Below are positions 49,399-60,424 of a DNA stretch of 64,000 nucleotides, piece by piece. Location: contig CAWGHO010000002.1 of NCBI GenBank assembly GCA_963822445.1, positions 128,001 to 192,000 of the forward strand. The letters are read 5' to 3'. The notes beneath the pieces were generated by a model. It was not told the DNA's origin, ran no database searches, and saw only the letters and a program-made list of their open reading frames with translations. The translations under genes were made by a program, and so were the position numbers. Each line of letters begins with the position of its first letter. Position 1 is the stretch's first letter. The DNA is from an uncultured Acidobacteriota bacterium. GTDB lineage: Bacteria > Acidobacteriota > Thermoanaerobaculia > Gp7-AA8.

Positions 49399-50691
49399 CT
49401 AGTCGCTCAAATTGCGAATCACCGTCGGAATATCGAGGTCATTGCCGAAATCATTCGACGCCATCGGTCCGAACCCGCCGGAACCGTCGGGCCGGGTGAA
49501 GCCGCGCCGAAAAAACGGGGGATCGTAAATCTCGCCTTCCGCGCCTACCTGCTGCGGGATCGGCTCTTCGTGCTGCGCCGCGATGTCCTTCGGCGCGAAC
49601 GGACGGAACGGAACGGATGGCTGCTGCGGCTCGCGCGAGCTCGGACGCGACGTCGTCTGCGATGACAACGATTCGCCGCGCGAATTCAGCAGACCCTTCG
49701 TCGCCGCGTCGAAACCGGTGGCGATGACCGTCACCTTCACTTCGTCCTTCATCCGCGGATCGATGACCGTGCCGAAGATGATGTTCGCCTCTTCGTCCGC
49801 CGCTTCCTGAATGACCGACGCGGCTTCGTGGACTTCGAACAGAGTCATGTCCGGGCCGCCGGTGATGTTGATCAGGACGCCCTTCGCCCCTTCGATCGAC
49901 GCTTCCTCGAGGAGAGGAGACGAAATGGCCCGCTGCGCCGCTTCCACCGCGCGATGCTCGCCCGACGACACGCCCGTGCCCATGAGGGCCATGCCCATGC
50001 CGTGCATGATCGTCTTCACGTCCGCGAAGTCGAGGTTGATCTCGCCGGGGACGGTGATCAGATCGGAGATGCCCTGCACAGCCTGCCGGAGGATGTCGTC
50101 CGCGATCTTGAATGCCTCGTTGAGCGACGTTCCCCGCTCTACGAAATTCAGCAGGCGCTCGTTGGGAATGGTGATGAGCGTGTCGACCGTATCGCGTAGC
50201 GAGCGGATGCCCTGCTCGGCCTGCACCCGGCGGCGCTTTCCTTCGAAGCCGAACGGCTTGGTCACCACGGCGACCGTCAGCGATCCGAGCTCCGCGGCCA
50301 GCGACGCGATGATCGGCGCCGCACCGGTGCCCGTTCCACCACCCATACCGGTGGTGATGAAGATCATGTCCGCGCCGGAGAGCGCTTCGAGAATGCGATC
50401 GGTGTCTTCGAGCGCGGCCTGCTTGCCGATCTCGGGATTCGCGCCGGCGCCGAGGCCTTTGGTCAGCTTGCCGCCGATCTGCAGCTTGATCGGTGCGAGC
50501 GAGGCGCGCATGGCCTGAAGATCGGTATTGGCGACGAGGAACTCGACGCCTTTGATCCCGGCCTGGATCATCCGGTTGACTGCGTTGCCGCCACCGCCAC
50601 CCACACCCACGACCTTGATTTTGGCGCCGAGATGCTCTTCGTCGAGCGTGATCAGCGAGCCGTCTCCGGGTCGTTCGTCAAACGTAATCAT
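49399..50691 (-). CDS. ftsZ: Cell division protein FtsZ
   Basis: [21 protein letters not shown] and C-terminal LDIPTVIR motifs. Confidence 0.98.
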   Translation of the reverse strand: MITFDERPGDGSLITLDEEHLGAKIKVVGVGGGGGNAVNRMIQAGIKGVEFLVANTDLQAMRASLAPIKLQIGGKLTKGLGAGANPEIGKQAALEDTDRILEALSGADMIFITTGMGGGTGTGAAPIIASLAAELGSLTVAVVTKPFGFEGKRRRVQAEQGIRSLRDTVDTLITIPNERLLNFVERGTSLNEAFKIADDILRQAVQGISDLITVPGEINLDFADVKTIMHGMGMALMGTGVSSGEHRAVEAAQRAISSPLLEEASIEGAKGVLINITGGPDMTLFEVHEAASVIQEAADEEANIIFGTVIDPRMKDEVKVTVIATGFDAATKGLLNSRGESLSSQTTSRPSSREPQQPSVPFRPFAPKDIAAQHEEPIPQQVGAEGEIYDPPFFRRGFTRPDGSGGFGPMASNDFGNDLDIPTVIRNLSD

Positions 50692-50706
50692 TTAATGTCT
50701 CCCGAG

Positions 50707-50734
50707 ATGGTACGAATATTCATAAGAAATTCAA
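50707..50734 (-). promoter_or_regulatory. Putative internal promoter for ftsZ
   Basis: Minus strand TTGAAT-16-TACCAT in the AT-rich ftsA-ftsZ gap. Confidence 0.45.
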
Positions 50735-50743
50735 ACTTAATTT

Positions 50744-51973
50744 TCATGACCACGCGAAGAGTGACTTGAACTGATCGGCCACCTTCTGCAGCCCCTTGCG
50801 CGGGCGCTTGCGCACGCGCGACTGATCCTTGAATCCCCAAAGCAGCAGACCCGCGGCCGCGGCCCACTCCGGTCCGTTGACCGTGTCCGCCAGTCCGCCC
50901 AGCCCGCGGGGCACGCCCTTGCGCGCCGACTGGTCGAACACCTGCTCGACCATCTCCACCATGCCGTCCATCTCCGCGCCGCCGCCCACGAGGACGACGC
51001 CGGAGCGGATCTCTTTCTCCAGCCCGACCTTCTCCAGATCGCGGTAGACGAGCTTCGCCAGCTCGGCCGCGCGCGGCTCCAGGATTCCGGTGAGCTCCTG
51101 CTTGGAGAGGATCTTCGGCGCGCGTCCACCGACGGTCGGCACTTCGATCGGGTCGTCGACCATCACCAGCGACGAGAGCACGCATCCGTAGCGTTTCTTG
51201 ATCCGCTCCGCGTCTTCCATCGGCGTCCGCAGCACCACCGAGATGTCGCTGGTGAAGTGTCCCGCGCCGACCGGCAGCACGTTCGTGTGCACGACGTTGC
51301 CTTCGAGGAACACCGCGTAATCGGTGGTGCCGCCGCCGAGGTCCATGAGCAGCACGCCCATTTCCCGCTCGTCCTGCGTGAGCACCGCCTCGGCCGCCGC
51401 GAGCTGCTCCAGCACGAGCTCCTGCACGGCGATCCCGGCCTTGTTCACGCAGGTGAGCACGTTCTGGTTGTGCGTCCGCGCGCCGGTGACGATGTGGACG
51501 TTCGCCTCGAGGCGCGTCGCGTTCATCCCCAGCGGATCGTGAATGCCGTCCTGGCCGTCGACGATGAACTCGCGCGGGATGACATGAAGCAGCTCGAGCT
51601 CGGCCGGGATGTTGATCGACTTCGACGCCTCGATCACGCGGTCGATGTCTTCCCGTCCGATCTCTTTGTGCTTGCCCATCACCGAGACCACCCCGCGGGA
51701 GTTGACCGAGCGGATGTGATCGCCGGCCACGCCGACGTACACGGACTCGATCTGCAGACCCGCCATCACCTCGGCCTCGTCGACCGCTTTTTTGACGGCA
51801 TCGATGGCCTGATCGAGGTTGATGATGTTTCCGCGGCGGGTGCCCTTCATCGGCGAGGTGCCCTTGCCGATGATCTCCAGCTGGCCGCGGTCGCTGATCT
51901 CACCGACCAGCGCGCATGCCTTGGAGGTCCCGATGTCGAGGGCGACGATGTACTTCTCTTCAGTTCTGGCCAT
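50744..51973 (-). CDS. ftsA: Cell division protein FtsA
   Basis: LDIGTSK, DLGGGTTD, AERIK and VLVGGGA motifs; C-terminal amphipathic helix. Confidence 0.97.
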   Translation of the reverse strand: MARTEEKYIVALDIGTSKACALVGEISDRGQLEIIGKGTSPMKGTRRGNIINLDQAIDAVKKAVDEAEVMAGLQIESVYVGVAGDHIRSVNSRGVVSVMGKHKEIGREDIDRVIEASKSINIPAELELLHVIPREFIVDGQDGIHDPLGMNATRLEANVHIVTGARTHNQNVLTCVNKAGIAVQELVLEQLAAAEAVLTQDEREMGVLLMDLGGGTTDYAVFLEGNVVHTNVLPVGAGHFTSDISVVLRTPMEDAERIKKRYGCVLSSLVMVDDPIEVPTVGGRAPKILSKQELTGILEPRAAELAKLVYRDLEKVGLEKEIRSGVVLVGGGAEMDGMVEMVEQVFDQSARKGVPRGLGGLADTVNGPEWAAAAGLLLWGFKDQSRVRKRPRKGLQKVADQFKSLFAWS

Positions 51974-52799
51974 ACGTTGGCTCCTTGTCATCCCGAGCGG
52001 AGTCGAGGGATTTCACGATCACCCGGTCCGCGAATCGGAGATCCGCGTATTCGATGTCGGGGTTGTTCTCGCTCTGCAGAATCGCGTAGAGGTTGCGGTA
52101 CTTCGCTGAGACGTCGTCGGCGTTCGCGTAAACCACGGCGCCGAGATCGCGGTCGTACAGCGCGAAGCCGCGCGGCGCGATCGGCCAGATCTCGGAGACG
52201 CGCGTGTACAGCTCGCGGTCGTTCGCGCGGAGATGCCGGAGCAGTTTCACCGTGCGCTCGAGCTCCGGTCCGTGCGCGTCGGTGATGATCGGCAGATCGT
52301 CGTTCCCGACACGCGGGGAAAGCTCGGCGAAACCGACGCCGGTCTCGTCGACGTACAGCAGCCGTTCGCCGGCACGAACCAGTGCGACCGGCTTGCGCTC
52401 GGTGATCTTGATCCGCAGCGTGTCCGGCAGTTTTTTCTCGATGTCGATGCTGCTGACCCAGCCCAGATCGCCGAGGTCGCGCTGCACGCGATCGATGTCG
52501 ATCTTGAAGAGATTCAGGCCTTTGTAGCGATTCGTGGCGAGGTCCAGCGCCGCGCGCGGCGTGTGCACGACGCCGTCGACCTGAATCGTCGTCACGGCGA
52601 AGCGCTCATTGGACTGCGTGTGCCGCCACACCCAGATCGCGCCCCCGGCCAACGCGGCTATGACCGCGGTGTTGCGCAGGATGATGAGCATCCGCTGCGC
52701 GGCGACGCGGCGCTGATTGCGACGCAGCCGCGCGACGTCCGTCGGACGGAGAAAACGGGAGGCCATCCCCGCGTGGCTGCTGTCGAAGCTCAGGCTCAT
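51960..52799 (-). CDS. ftsQ: Cell division protein FtsQ/DivIB
   Basis: TM segment, POTRA (WV..IEKKLPDTLRIKITER) and YADLRF motifs. Confidence 0.92.
   Translation of the reverse strand: MSLSFDSSHAGMASRFLRPTDVARLRRNQRRVAAQRMLIILRNTAVIAALAGGAIWVWRHTQSNERFAVTTIQVDGVVHTPRAALDLATNRYKGLNLFKIDIDRVQRDLGDLGWVSSIDIEKKLPDTLRIKITERKPVALVRAGERLLYVDETGVGFAELSPRVGNDDLPIITDAHGPELERTVKLLRHLRANDRELYTRVSEIWPIAPRGFALYDRDLGAVVYANADDVSAKYRNLYAILQSENNPDIEYADLRFADRVIVKSLDSARDDKEPTYGQN
51987..52014. repeat. REP-like remnant in the ftsQ 3' end
   Basis: GTCATCCCGAGCGGAGTCGAGGGATTTC has ATCCC...GGGAT stem ends like the 14200-14310 arms. Confidence 0.5.
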
Positions 52800-54145
52800 G
52801 CCTCACCTCGCACGAGCTGCTCGGCCACTTCATGCACGTCGCCGGCGCCCATCGTGATGAAGATGTCGTTCGGCTCGAGCCGGCGGCGCATCTCGTTCAC
52901 GATCTCGGAATTGCTGCGGTCCAGGAACTCGACCGCGGGCACGAGGTCGGAAATGATCCGCGACGACATGCCGTCGACGTGCTTCTCGCGCGCGGCGTAG
53001 ATCGGCGCGATGATCGGCATGTCCGCGATCGCCAGTGACTCGCCGAACTCCTGCGCGAAGTCGCGCGTGCGCGAATACAGGTGCGGCTGGAACAACGCGA
53101 CCAGGCGGCGCCCGGGATAACCGCGCCGCGCGGCGTCGAGTGTCGCGCGAATCTCGGTGGGATGGTGCGCGTAGTCGTCGACGACGAGCGCGCCGAGGTA
53201 ATCGCCGAGGATCTGGAAGCGGCGGTCGACGCCGAGGAACTTCGCCAGCGCGGATGCGATGACACGCCCGTCGATCCCGAGCTCGCGTCCCACCGCGATC
53301 GCCGCCAGAGCGTTGAGGATGTTGTGCTCGCCGGGGACGAACAGCTTGAAGAAGCCGACGCCCTCGACGTCGAAGGTGATGCCGCCTTCCGCGAAGCCGA
53401 GGTTGGTCGCGCGGACGTCGGCGCCTTCGTCGAGACCGTACGAGATCACCCGCCCCTCGGCATGGCGGAGCAGGCGCGACACGTTCTGGTCGTCGCTGCA
53501 ACCGATCACAACTCCCCCGCGCTTGATCCCGCCCGCGAACAGGCGGAAGGCCTCAAGGATGTTCTCGAAGGTCTGGTAGTACTCGAGATGGTCGGCCTCG
53601 ATGTTCGTGATCACCGCGATCTCGGGATGGAGCTGATGAAAGGTGCGGTCATATTCATCGGCCTCGACGACGAGGTATTCGCCAAGTCCGGTCTTCGCGT
53701 TCGTCTCGAGGTTGCGGACCATGCCGCCGACGAGAATGGTCGGATCGAGGCCGGCTTCTTCAAGGACCATCGAGACCATGGCCGAGGTGGTGGTCTTGCC
53801 GTGCGTTCCGGCCACGCCGATCGACCGCTTGGCATTCACGATCTCGCCGAGCACCTCGGCCCGCTTCATGATCCGGATGCCTTTGCGGCGGGCGGCATCG
53901 ACTTCCTCGTGCTCGCCCTTGATGGCCGAGGTGATGACCACCAGCTCCGCGCCTTCGACGTGAGAAGGGTCGTGGCCGATGAACACTTTCACGCCGCGCT
54001 TCGCGAGCAGGTCGGTGGTCGAGGAGCGTCTGGCATCGCAGCCCGACACGGAGACACCGGAGTGCGAGAGCACCTCCGCGAGGCCACTCATCCCGATTCC
54101 GCCGATGCCGACGAAATGGATGGCTTTAATGTCACCAAAATTCAT
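52796..54145 (-). CDS. murC: UDP-N-acetylmuramate--L-alanine ligase
   Basis: GIGGIGMSG, GTHGKTTT, EADE, DDYAHHP and FQPH motifs. Confidence 0.97.
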   Translation of the reverse strand: MNFGDIKAIHFVGIGGIGMSGLAEVLSHSGVSVSGCDARRSSTTDLLAKRGVKVFIGHDPSHVEGAELVVITSAIKGEHEEVDAARRKGIRIMKRAEVLGEIVNAKRSIGVAGTHGKTTTSAMVSMVLEEAGLDPTILVGGMVRNLETNAKTGLGEYLVVEADEYDRTFHQLHPEIAVITNIEADHLEYYQTFENILEAFRLFAGGIKRGGVVIGCSDDQNVSRLLRHAEGRVISYGLDEGADVRATNLGFAEGGITFDVEGVGFFKLFVPGEHNILNALAAIAVGRELGIDGRVIASALAKFLGVDRRFQILGDYLGALVVDDYAHHPTEIRATLDAARRGYPGRRLVALFQPHLYSRTRDFAQEFGESLAIADMPIIAPIYAAREKHVDGMSSRIISDLVPAVEFLDRSNSEIVNEMRRRLEPNDIFITMGAGDVHEVAEQLVRGEA

Positions 54146-54170
54146 TAGGTTCGTGGCGTCTTAATATGAA

Positions 54171-54199
54171 ATTTTAAGTTGATGGAAGTGGACAAGCAA
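54171..54199 (-). promoter_or_regulatory. Putative internal promoter for murC-ftsQAZ
   Basis: Minus strand TTGCTT-17-TAAAAT in an AT-rich gap. Confidence 0.6.
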
Positions 54200-55288
54200 T
54201 TAGTTTCTCTGAATCTTCTCGATCAAATCGACGATCTTTTTTGTTGCATCTGGGGTCGCAAGGGTTTTCGAAGCGGCGCCCATGCGCGCCGCTTTCTCCG
54301 GATCGATGACGATCGCGGTGATCGCGGCCGCCAAACGCTCCGGAGTCAGCTCTTTTTCGGTGATGACCACGGCGCCGCCGGCGCGCTCGACGACGCGGGC
54401 GTTGAGCTCCTGATGGTTGTTCGTCGCCGCGGCGAAAGGCACGAGAATCGCCGCGCGTCCGATGGCGGAAAGCTCGCCGACGGTCATCGCGCCGGCGCGT
54501 GAGATGACCACGTCCGCGGCCGCGATCTCATCGACGATCGGATCGAGATATGGAACGACCCGCGCGTCGACAAACGCGGACTCGCGATAAGCCTTCTGCA
54601 CGGTCTCGAGCTCGTTCGGTCCGGTCTGATGAACGATCCGCAACGCATCCCGCAGCCGCGCCAGGAACAGCAACGCGCCGGTCATCGCCTCGTTGAGCGT
54701 TCGTGATCCCTGCGAGCCGCCGAAAACCAGCAGGCGGCCCGGTGAGCTGGGCGTCTTGCAGTCGAAGAACTCCTGACGGATGGGATTGCCGGTGACCACG
54801 CCGTCGCGCCGCTTCATACGGGGCAGCGCATCGCCGAAAGCGACCGCCACCGCGGTCACGAATCGCGCGAGCACCCGGTTGGTAAGTCCGGGGAACGCAT
54901 TGGCCTCGTGGATGAGCGTGGGAATCCGTCGCATGCCGGCAACGACGAGGACCGGCCCGGACGAATAACCGCCGACGCCGAGGACGATGTTGGGGCGATG
55001 GCGGGAGACGATCTGCCAGGCGTGAATGAATCCGATCGGCAGGCGGAAGAGGTTCCTGATCAGATCGAGGCCGCTCTTGCCCTTCAAGCCGCCGACGGAA
55101 ATGAACTCGAGCGGAAAGCCGGCCTTGGGCACGATGGTCTTCTCCAGACCGCGCTCGGTGCCGACGAAGATGACTTTGCGCGAAGCATTGCGCGCGAGGA
55201 ACTCCCGCGCAATGGCGATGGCCGGGTAGATGTGGCCCCCGGTGCCACCACCCGCGATCATCAGAGTCTGCACGCCCTTCACGCCCAT
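54200..55288 (-). CDS. murG: MurG GlcNAc transferase
   Basis: GGGTGGH, GGYSS, GNP, GGSQG and HQELNA motifs. Confidence 0.97.
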   Translation of the reverse strand: MGVKGVQTLMIAGGGTGGHIYPAIAIAREFLARNASRKVIFVGTERGLEKTIVPKAGFPLEFISVGGLKGKSGLDLIRNLFRLPIGFIHAWQIVSRHRPNIVLGVGGYSSGPVLVVAGMRRIPTLIHEANAFPGLTNRVLARFVTAVAVAFGDALPRMKRRDGVVTGNPIRQEFFDCKTPSSPGRLLVFGGSQGSRTLNEAMTGALLFLARLRDALRIVHQTGPNELETVQKAYRESAFVDARVVPYLDPIVDEIAAADVVISRAGAMTVGELSAIGRAAILVPFAAATNNHQELNARVVERAGGAVVITEKELTPERLAAAITAIVIDPEKAARMGAASKTLATPDATKKIVDLIEKIQRN

Positions 55289-55295
55289 TCGCCCC

Positions 55296-56390
55296 TCAGC
55301 CTGATTGTTGTGAAAAATTCAGCAGCAAGCCCACCGCGATGAGACTCGCCACGAGCGACGAGCCTCCGTAACTGACGAGCGGCAGCGGCAGGCCTTTCGT
55401 CGGAAGAAGACAAAGCACGACGCTGACGTTGATCAGCGCCTGCACGGCGATCATCAGCGTGCAGCCGAGCGCCGCGTAAAACGCGAATCGATCGCGGCTG
55501 TAACGCGCGATCCGGAAGCCGCGCCACGCCAGCAGCGCAAACGCGCCGACCAGCGCAACCGCGCCGGCGAACCCGAGCTCTTCACCGATGATCGAAAAAA
55601 TGAAGTCGGTGTGCGGCTCAGGAAGGAAGAAGAGCTTCTGCCTGCCGTTGCCGATCCCCAGCCCGCTGAAGCCGCCGGTGCCCAATGCGATGAGCGACTG
55701 CATCGCCTGGAACCCTTTCCCAAGCGGATCCGCCTCGGGATTGAGAAACGACAGCAGCCTGCCGCGCCGATACGCGGCGCTGATCGCAAAGTACGACGCG
55801 ACAGGAAAGAGCGCGATCGCGAAGATGGCCAGATAGCGCCAGGCGACGCCGGCCGCGAAAATCATCCCCGTGGCGACGAGAATCAGGGTCGTGGCCGTTC
55901 CGAAATCGCGGCCAAGGAGAATCAGTCCGGCGTACAACGTGAGAATGCAGCCGAGCGGCAGCAGGGTCGTGGTCAGATCGTTGATGCGCTCCTCGCGACG
56001 CGACAGGAAATACGCGAGGAACACGACCATGGCCGGCTTGGCGAACTCGGACGGCTGCAGCTGGAACCAGGGCAACTGCACCCAGCGGTGCGTGCCGTTG
56101 ATCGGCGACTGAAACAGGGCGATGACCAGCCCCAGCGCCACCGCCGCCATCGCGCCGTACACCAGCCGCTTGTGGCGGAGCAGCGACGGATCGAGGTGCA
56201 TCAGCACGACCATGACCGTCGCGCCGGCGAAGAGCCAGATGCACTGCCGCATCATGAAGTGATACGGCGCGGTCTCGAAGCGCTGCGTGGCCATGATCGC
56301 CGACGCGCTGTAGATCATGACCAGACCGATGACCACGATCAGCATGGCCGTGCCGAAGAGCCAGGTGTCGTAGGAGAGTTTGCGGCTCAT
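55296..56390 (-). CDS. ftsW: Peptidoglycan polymerase FtsW
   Basis: QPSEFAK, PEPHTDFIFSIIGEELG and LPLVSYGGSS motifs; start ATG 56390. Confidence 0.96.
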   Translation of the reverse strand: MSRKLSYDTWLFGTAMLIVVIGLVMIYSASAIMATQRFETAPYHFMMRQCIWLFAGATVMVVLMHLDPSLLRHKRLVYGAMAAVALGLVIALFQSPINGTHRWVQLPWFQLQPSEFAKPAMVVFLAYFLSRREERINDLTTTLLPLGCILTLYAGLILLGRDFGTATTLILVATGMIFAAGVAWRYLAIFAIALFPVASYFAISAAYRRGRLLSFLNPEADPLGKGFQAMQSLIALGTGGFSGLGIGNGRQKLFFLPEPHTDFIFSIIGEELGFAGAVALVGAFALLAWRGFRIARYSRDRFAFYAALGCTLMIAVQALINVSVVLCLLPTKGLPLPLVSYGGSSLVASLIAVGLLLNFSQQSG

Positions 56391-57701
56391 AGCGCCCTCA
56401 CCAGCTCTTCGAAGTGCTCGCCGCGATGCTCGAAGTTTCTGTACTGGTCGAAGCTCGCGCAGGCCGGGGACAGCAGCACGGTCTCGCCGTTCTTCGCGTT
56501 CTCCCGCGCCCACTTCACCGCGCCGTCCATGTCTTTCGCGGCCACGATCTCGGTCGCTCCATCGAGCGCTTCGCCGATGCGATCCGCGGCTTTGCCGATG
56601 GTGAGTACGGCGCGCGCTTTCGACTGCACGAGGTCGCGCATCCGCTCGAATTCGCCGGCCTTGTCCTTGCCGCCTAGAATCAGGATCACGCTCGACTCGT
56701 CGAAGCCTTCCAGCGACTTGAGCGTCGCGTCGACGTTCGTGCCTTTGGAGTCGTTGATCCAGCGGACGCCATCGAGCTCGCGGACGAGAACCATCCGATG
56801 CGGCAGACCGGCGAATGTGCCGAAGGCGATCTGCACGTCCACGTCATCGACACCTACCGCCCGAGCCGCGAGCCAGGCCGCGAGCGCGTTTTCGACGTTC
56901 GCGTTGCCTTGCAGCTTCAGCGAGGACCGCGGGATGCGCCGTTCGTCGCCGCCGAGGCTCATCACCATTTCGTCGCCGTCGAGCCACGCGCCCTCTTCGA
57001 CCTTCTGCGTTGCCGAGAAACGAAGGACACGCGCAGTGGTCTCGCGCGGCGCCGCGCGGCGCTCCACGCCGTTCACGATGGCCGTGTCGCTCGAGACTTG
57101 ATTGCGGAAGATCCGGTACTTCGCTCGCCGCGTAATCGTCGAGCGAGCCGTAGCGATCCATGTGATCGGGGGTGATGTTCAGCAGCAAGGCGACGTTCGC
57201 GTGGAAGGTGTCGACCGATTCGAGTTGAAACGACGAAAGCTCGAGGACGTACGTCCGCGGCTTGTCGAAGTCGACCGCGGAGATCAGCGGCTCGCCGATG
57301 TTGCCGGCCACGATGGGCTGGCGTCCGGCCACTTTGAGAATCTCGCCGATCAGCGCGGTCGTCGTCGACTTGCCGTTCGAGCCGGTGATGGCGATGACGG
57401 TGCCGGTCAGCTGCGTGTAGGCGAGCTCGATCTCCCCGAGCACGGGAATGCCTTTCAGCGCCGCGCCGACGATCAGCGGATTGGTGCGCGGCACGCCGGG
57501 GCTGAGCACGAGCGTGGTCACGCCTTCAAGCAACTCGTTGTCCTCGCGGCCGAAAGCCTTTTCCACGCGCGGATCGAGCTCGTACGGCAGCGACGGATTC
57601 GCGCTGGAGTCCACGAGCACGACGGAGTCCTCGCGCGACGCGAGAAAGTTCGCCGAGGCTACGCCGGACTTGCCGGCACCGAGGACCAGGGCGCGGCTCA
57701 T
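56387..57701 (-). CDS. murD: MurD ligase (1 frameshift near 57120)
   Basis: TGSNGKSTT, ELSSFQL and DHMDRY, then NDSKGTN and SPACASFDQY in a second frame. Confidence 0.93.
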
Positions 57702-58795
57702 CGCAATTTCAGCGTCGCCAGCGCGACCATCGCGAACATGATCGCGATGATCCAGAAGCGCACGACGACCTTGGTCTCCTTCCACCCCGACAGCTCGAAG
57801 TGGTGATGCAGCGGCGACATCTTGAAAATGCGCCGGCCGGTGATCTTGAACGAGGCCACCTGCAGAATGACCGACAGGGCCTCGAGCACGAACAGCCCGC
57901 CGACGAGGACGAGCAGGATCTCCTGCTTGATCATCACGGCCAGGCAGCCGATCGCGCCGCCGAGGGCAAGCGATCCGACGTCACCCATGAAAATCTCTGC
58001 CGGATGGGCGTTGAACCAGAGGAACCCCAGCGACGCGCCGACCATCGCTCCGCAGAACACGGCCAGCTCACCGGTTTGCGGCACCCAGGCGATGCGCAGA
58101 TATTCGGCGATTTTCGCGTGACCCGCGGCGTACGTCAGAACCGTGTAGGTGACCGCGGCGACGAGAGTGGTGCCGATGGCCAGACCGTCCAGGCCATCAG
58201 TCAGATTCACCGCGTTCGACGCGCCGACGAGGATGATCATCACGAAGGCGATGTAGACCACGCCGATGTCGAGCGCGAACGTTTCCGTCTTCAGAAACGG
58301 CAACGTGATGACGGTGTAGTAGTTGTTCTTGAGCGTCGGCAGATAAGCGATGGCCAGCGCCACCAGCAGCGCGACGGCGAACTGCGCGCCGAATTTTTCC
58401 TTCGCGGTGAGGCCGAGGTTCCGCTTCTTGACGAGCTTGCGGTAGTCGTCGACGAAGCCGATCGCGCCGTACGCGAACGTCACGAAGAGCACGATCCAGA
58501 TGTACGGATTCTTGATGTCCGCCCAGAGAATCGTCGGGACGAGGATGGCGATGTTGATGAGGATGCCGCCCATCGTCGGCGTGCCGGCCTTGACCTGGTG
58601 CGACTTCGGACCTTCCTCGCGGATGAACTGGCCTGCTTTGATGCGGCGCATCCGTTCGATCAGCCAGGGGCCGAGGATGAACGAGATCATCAGGGCCGTC
58701 AGCGCCGCGAACGCCGTGCGGAAGGTGATGTAGCGGAAGACGTTGAAGCCGACGAACTCGTCCCGGAGGTATTTGTAGAGGAGGTGGTAAAGCAC
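57698..58795 (-). CDS. mraY: Phospho-MurNAc-pentapeptide transferase
   Basis: KAGTPTMGG, NLTDGLDGL, FMGDVGS and PLHHHFE motifs. Confidence 0.97.
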   Translation of the reverse strand: MLYHLLYKYLRDEFVGFNVFRYITFRTAFAALTALMISFILGPWLIERMRRIKAGQFIREEGPKSHQVKAGTPTMGGILINIAILVPTILWADIKNPYIWIVLFVTFAYGAIGFVDDYRKLVKKRNLGLTAKEKFGAQFAVALLVALAIAYLPTLKNNYYTVITLPFLKTETFALDIGVVYIAFVMIILVGASNAVNLTDGLDGLAIGTTLVAAVTYTVLTYAAGHAKIAEYLRIAWVPQTGELAVFCGAMVGASLGFLWFNAHPAEIFMGDVGSLALGGAIGCLAVMIKQEILLVLVGGLFVLEALSVILQVASFKITGRRIFKMSPLHHHFELSGWKETKVVVRFWIIAIMFAMVALATLKLR

Positions 58796-60164
58796 TCAGT
58801 CCTCCCTCTGCAGCACGGCGATGGCGCGATCGAGCCCCACCCCGCGCGAGCCTTTGATCAGCACCAGGTCTCCCGGCCGCACGAATGCCCGCAGGAACGC
58901 TCCCGCCGACTCAGCATCCGTGAAATGCCGCAAATGCGCTTCTTCGAATCCCGTTTCCCGCGCGCCTTGCAGTAACGCCTGCGCGCGTGTGCCGACGCCT
59001 ACGACGACGTCGATCGACCCGGGGATGGCCGCACCGGCGTCGCGATGGAACTGCATCTCCGCCTCCCCCAACTCGAGCATGTCCCCGATCACGGCGATGC
59101 GCCGTCCGGCGACGTCGGCCTGGGTCATGAGCTCGAGCGCGCGGCCGAGCGCGTAGGGATTGGAGTTGTAGGTGTCGTCGTAAATCGTCGCGCCGCGCCA
59201 GTCGAGGATCACGCCGCGGTGATAGGCAGGCTTCACGTCGCGCACGCCGCGCTCGATGCCTTCCCAGGAGATGCCTACCGTTCGCGCGGTGGCGATCGCC
59301 GCGAGGAGATTTTCCAGGTTGTGCCGTCCCGGCAGCACGAGCTCGAATTCCCGCTCGTTCGCTTCTGCAATCAGTGTGAAGTGCGTGCCGAGCAGGCCGC
59401 GCTCGCGGATGTTCGATGGCCCGGTACTGCGCGGTCGCGTCGTCGATGCCGTACGTCACGATCGTCCCTTCGAATCCCGCGCTGATCCGGACGACGTGCT
59501 CGTTGTCGTTGTTGATCACGATCGAGCCGCCGGGGGCCACGTTTTCGAGCAGCTCGCGCTTGGCCGCGGCGATTCCTTCGATCGTGCCGAAGAACTCGAT
59601 GTGGACCGGGGCGATGTTCGTGTAGACGCCGATGTGCGGTCGCATCAGGCCCGCGATCTCGGCGATCTCCCCGGCATGGTTCATCCCCATCTCGCTGACC
59701 ACGACCTCCGCGTCATCGGGCATGTTGTCGAGGCAGAGCGGCGCGCCGATCTGGTTGTTGAAGTTGCCCCAGGATTTGTGCACGCGCCGCTCGGTGGAGA
59801 TCAGCGCGGCGATCATTTCCTTGGTCGTGGTCTTGCCGGCCGAGCCGGTGATGCCGACCAACGTCACGTCGTAGCGATCGCGGATCGCTTTCGCGAGTTG
59901 TTGCAGCGCTTTGTTGGGGTCGTCGACCTGGACGATCGCTTTGCCGGTCTGCGGAACGTCTCTGACGACTGCGCCGCGCGCGGTCTCCAGCGCCTGCGGA
60001 AGGAACTGATGTCCGTCGAGGCGCTCGCCTTTGATGGCGAAGAAGACCGAGTCGGGCTTGACCTCGCGGGAGTCGATGACGACGGAGGAGGATTCGACTT
60101 CGCCGCCTTGGATGACGCGGCCGCCGATCATGGCGGCCAGCTGGGAGAAGGTCAGCCGAGGCAT
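58796..60164 (-). CDS. murF: MurF ligase (1 frameshift near 59412)
   Basis: DGHQF, TGSAGKTTTK and EMGMNHAGEI, then DDTYNSNP, GDMLELG and KGSRG in a second frame. Confidence 0.93.
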
Positions 60165-60180
60165 GGGCGTTCCCCGCTGG

Positions 60181-60280
60181 CCGAATGCAAAATGCAGAAT
60201 GCAGAATGCAGAAAGAGTGAATCAGAGTGCGAATGCGAATGCCTTTTTTCTGCATTCTGCATTCTGCATTCTGCATTCGG
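60181..60280. repeat. Tandem-unit inverted repeat, 7-nt unit GAATGCA
   Basis: gaatgca aaatgca gaatgca gaatgca gaaa, spacer, then tttctgc attctgc x3 attcgg; same unit as 17946-18037. Confidence 0.92.
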
Positions 60281-60285
60281 CACCG

Positions 60286-60410
60286 CAGGTGCCGTGATCC
60301 GGCTCCGCCGCGTTTCGTCGCCCGTGCGTCCCCTTCCCCAGAGAACTGCCGGCGCACCCGACCGCCCACCCTCGCCGAAACCGACCGACGGAGCCGGAAC
60401 GCGGCACCTG
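60286..60410 (-). other. Long imperfect hairpin (structured RNA candidate)
   Basis: CAGGTGCCGTGATCCGGCTCCG pairs with CGGAGCCGGAACGCGGCACCTG, with further inner stems. Confidence 0.55.
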
Positions 60411-60424
60411 ATCGAACGGTAGAA

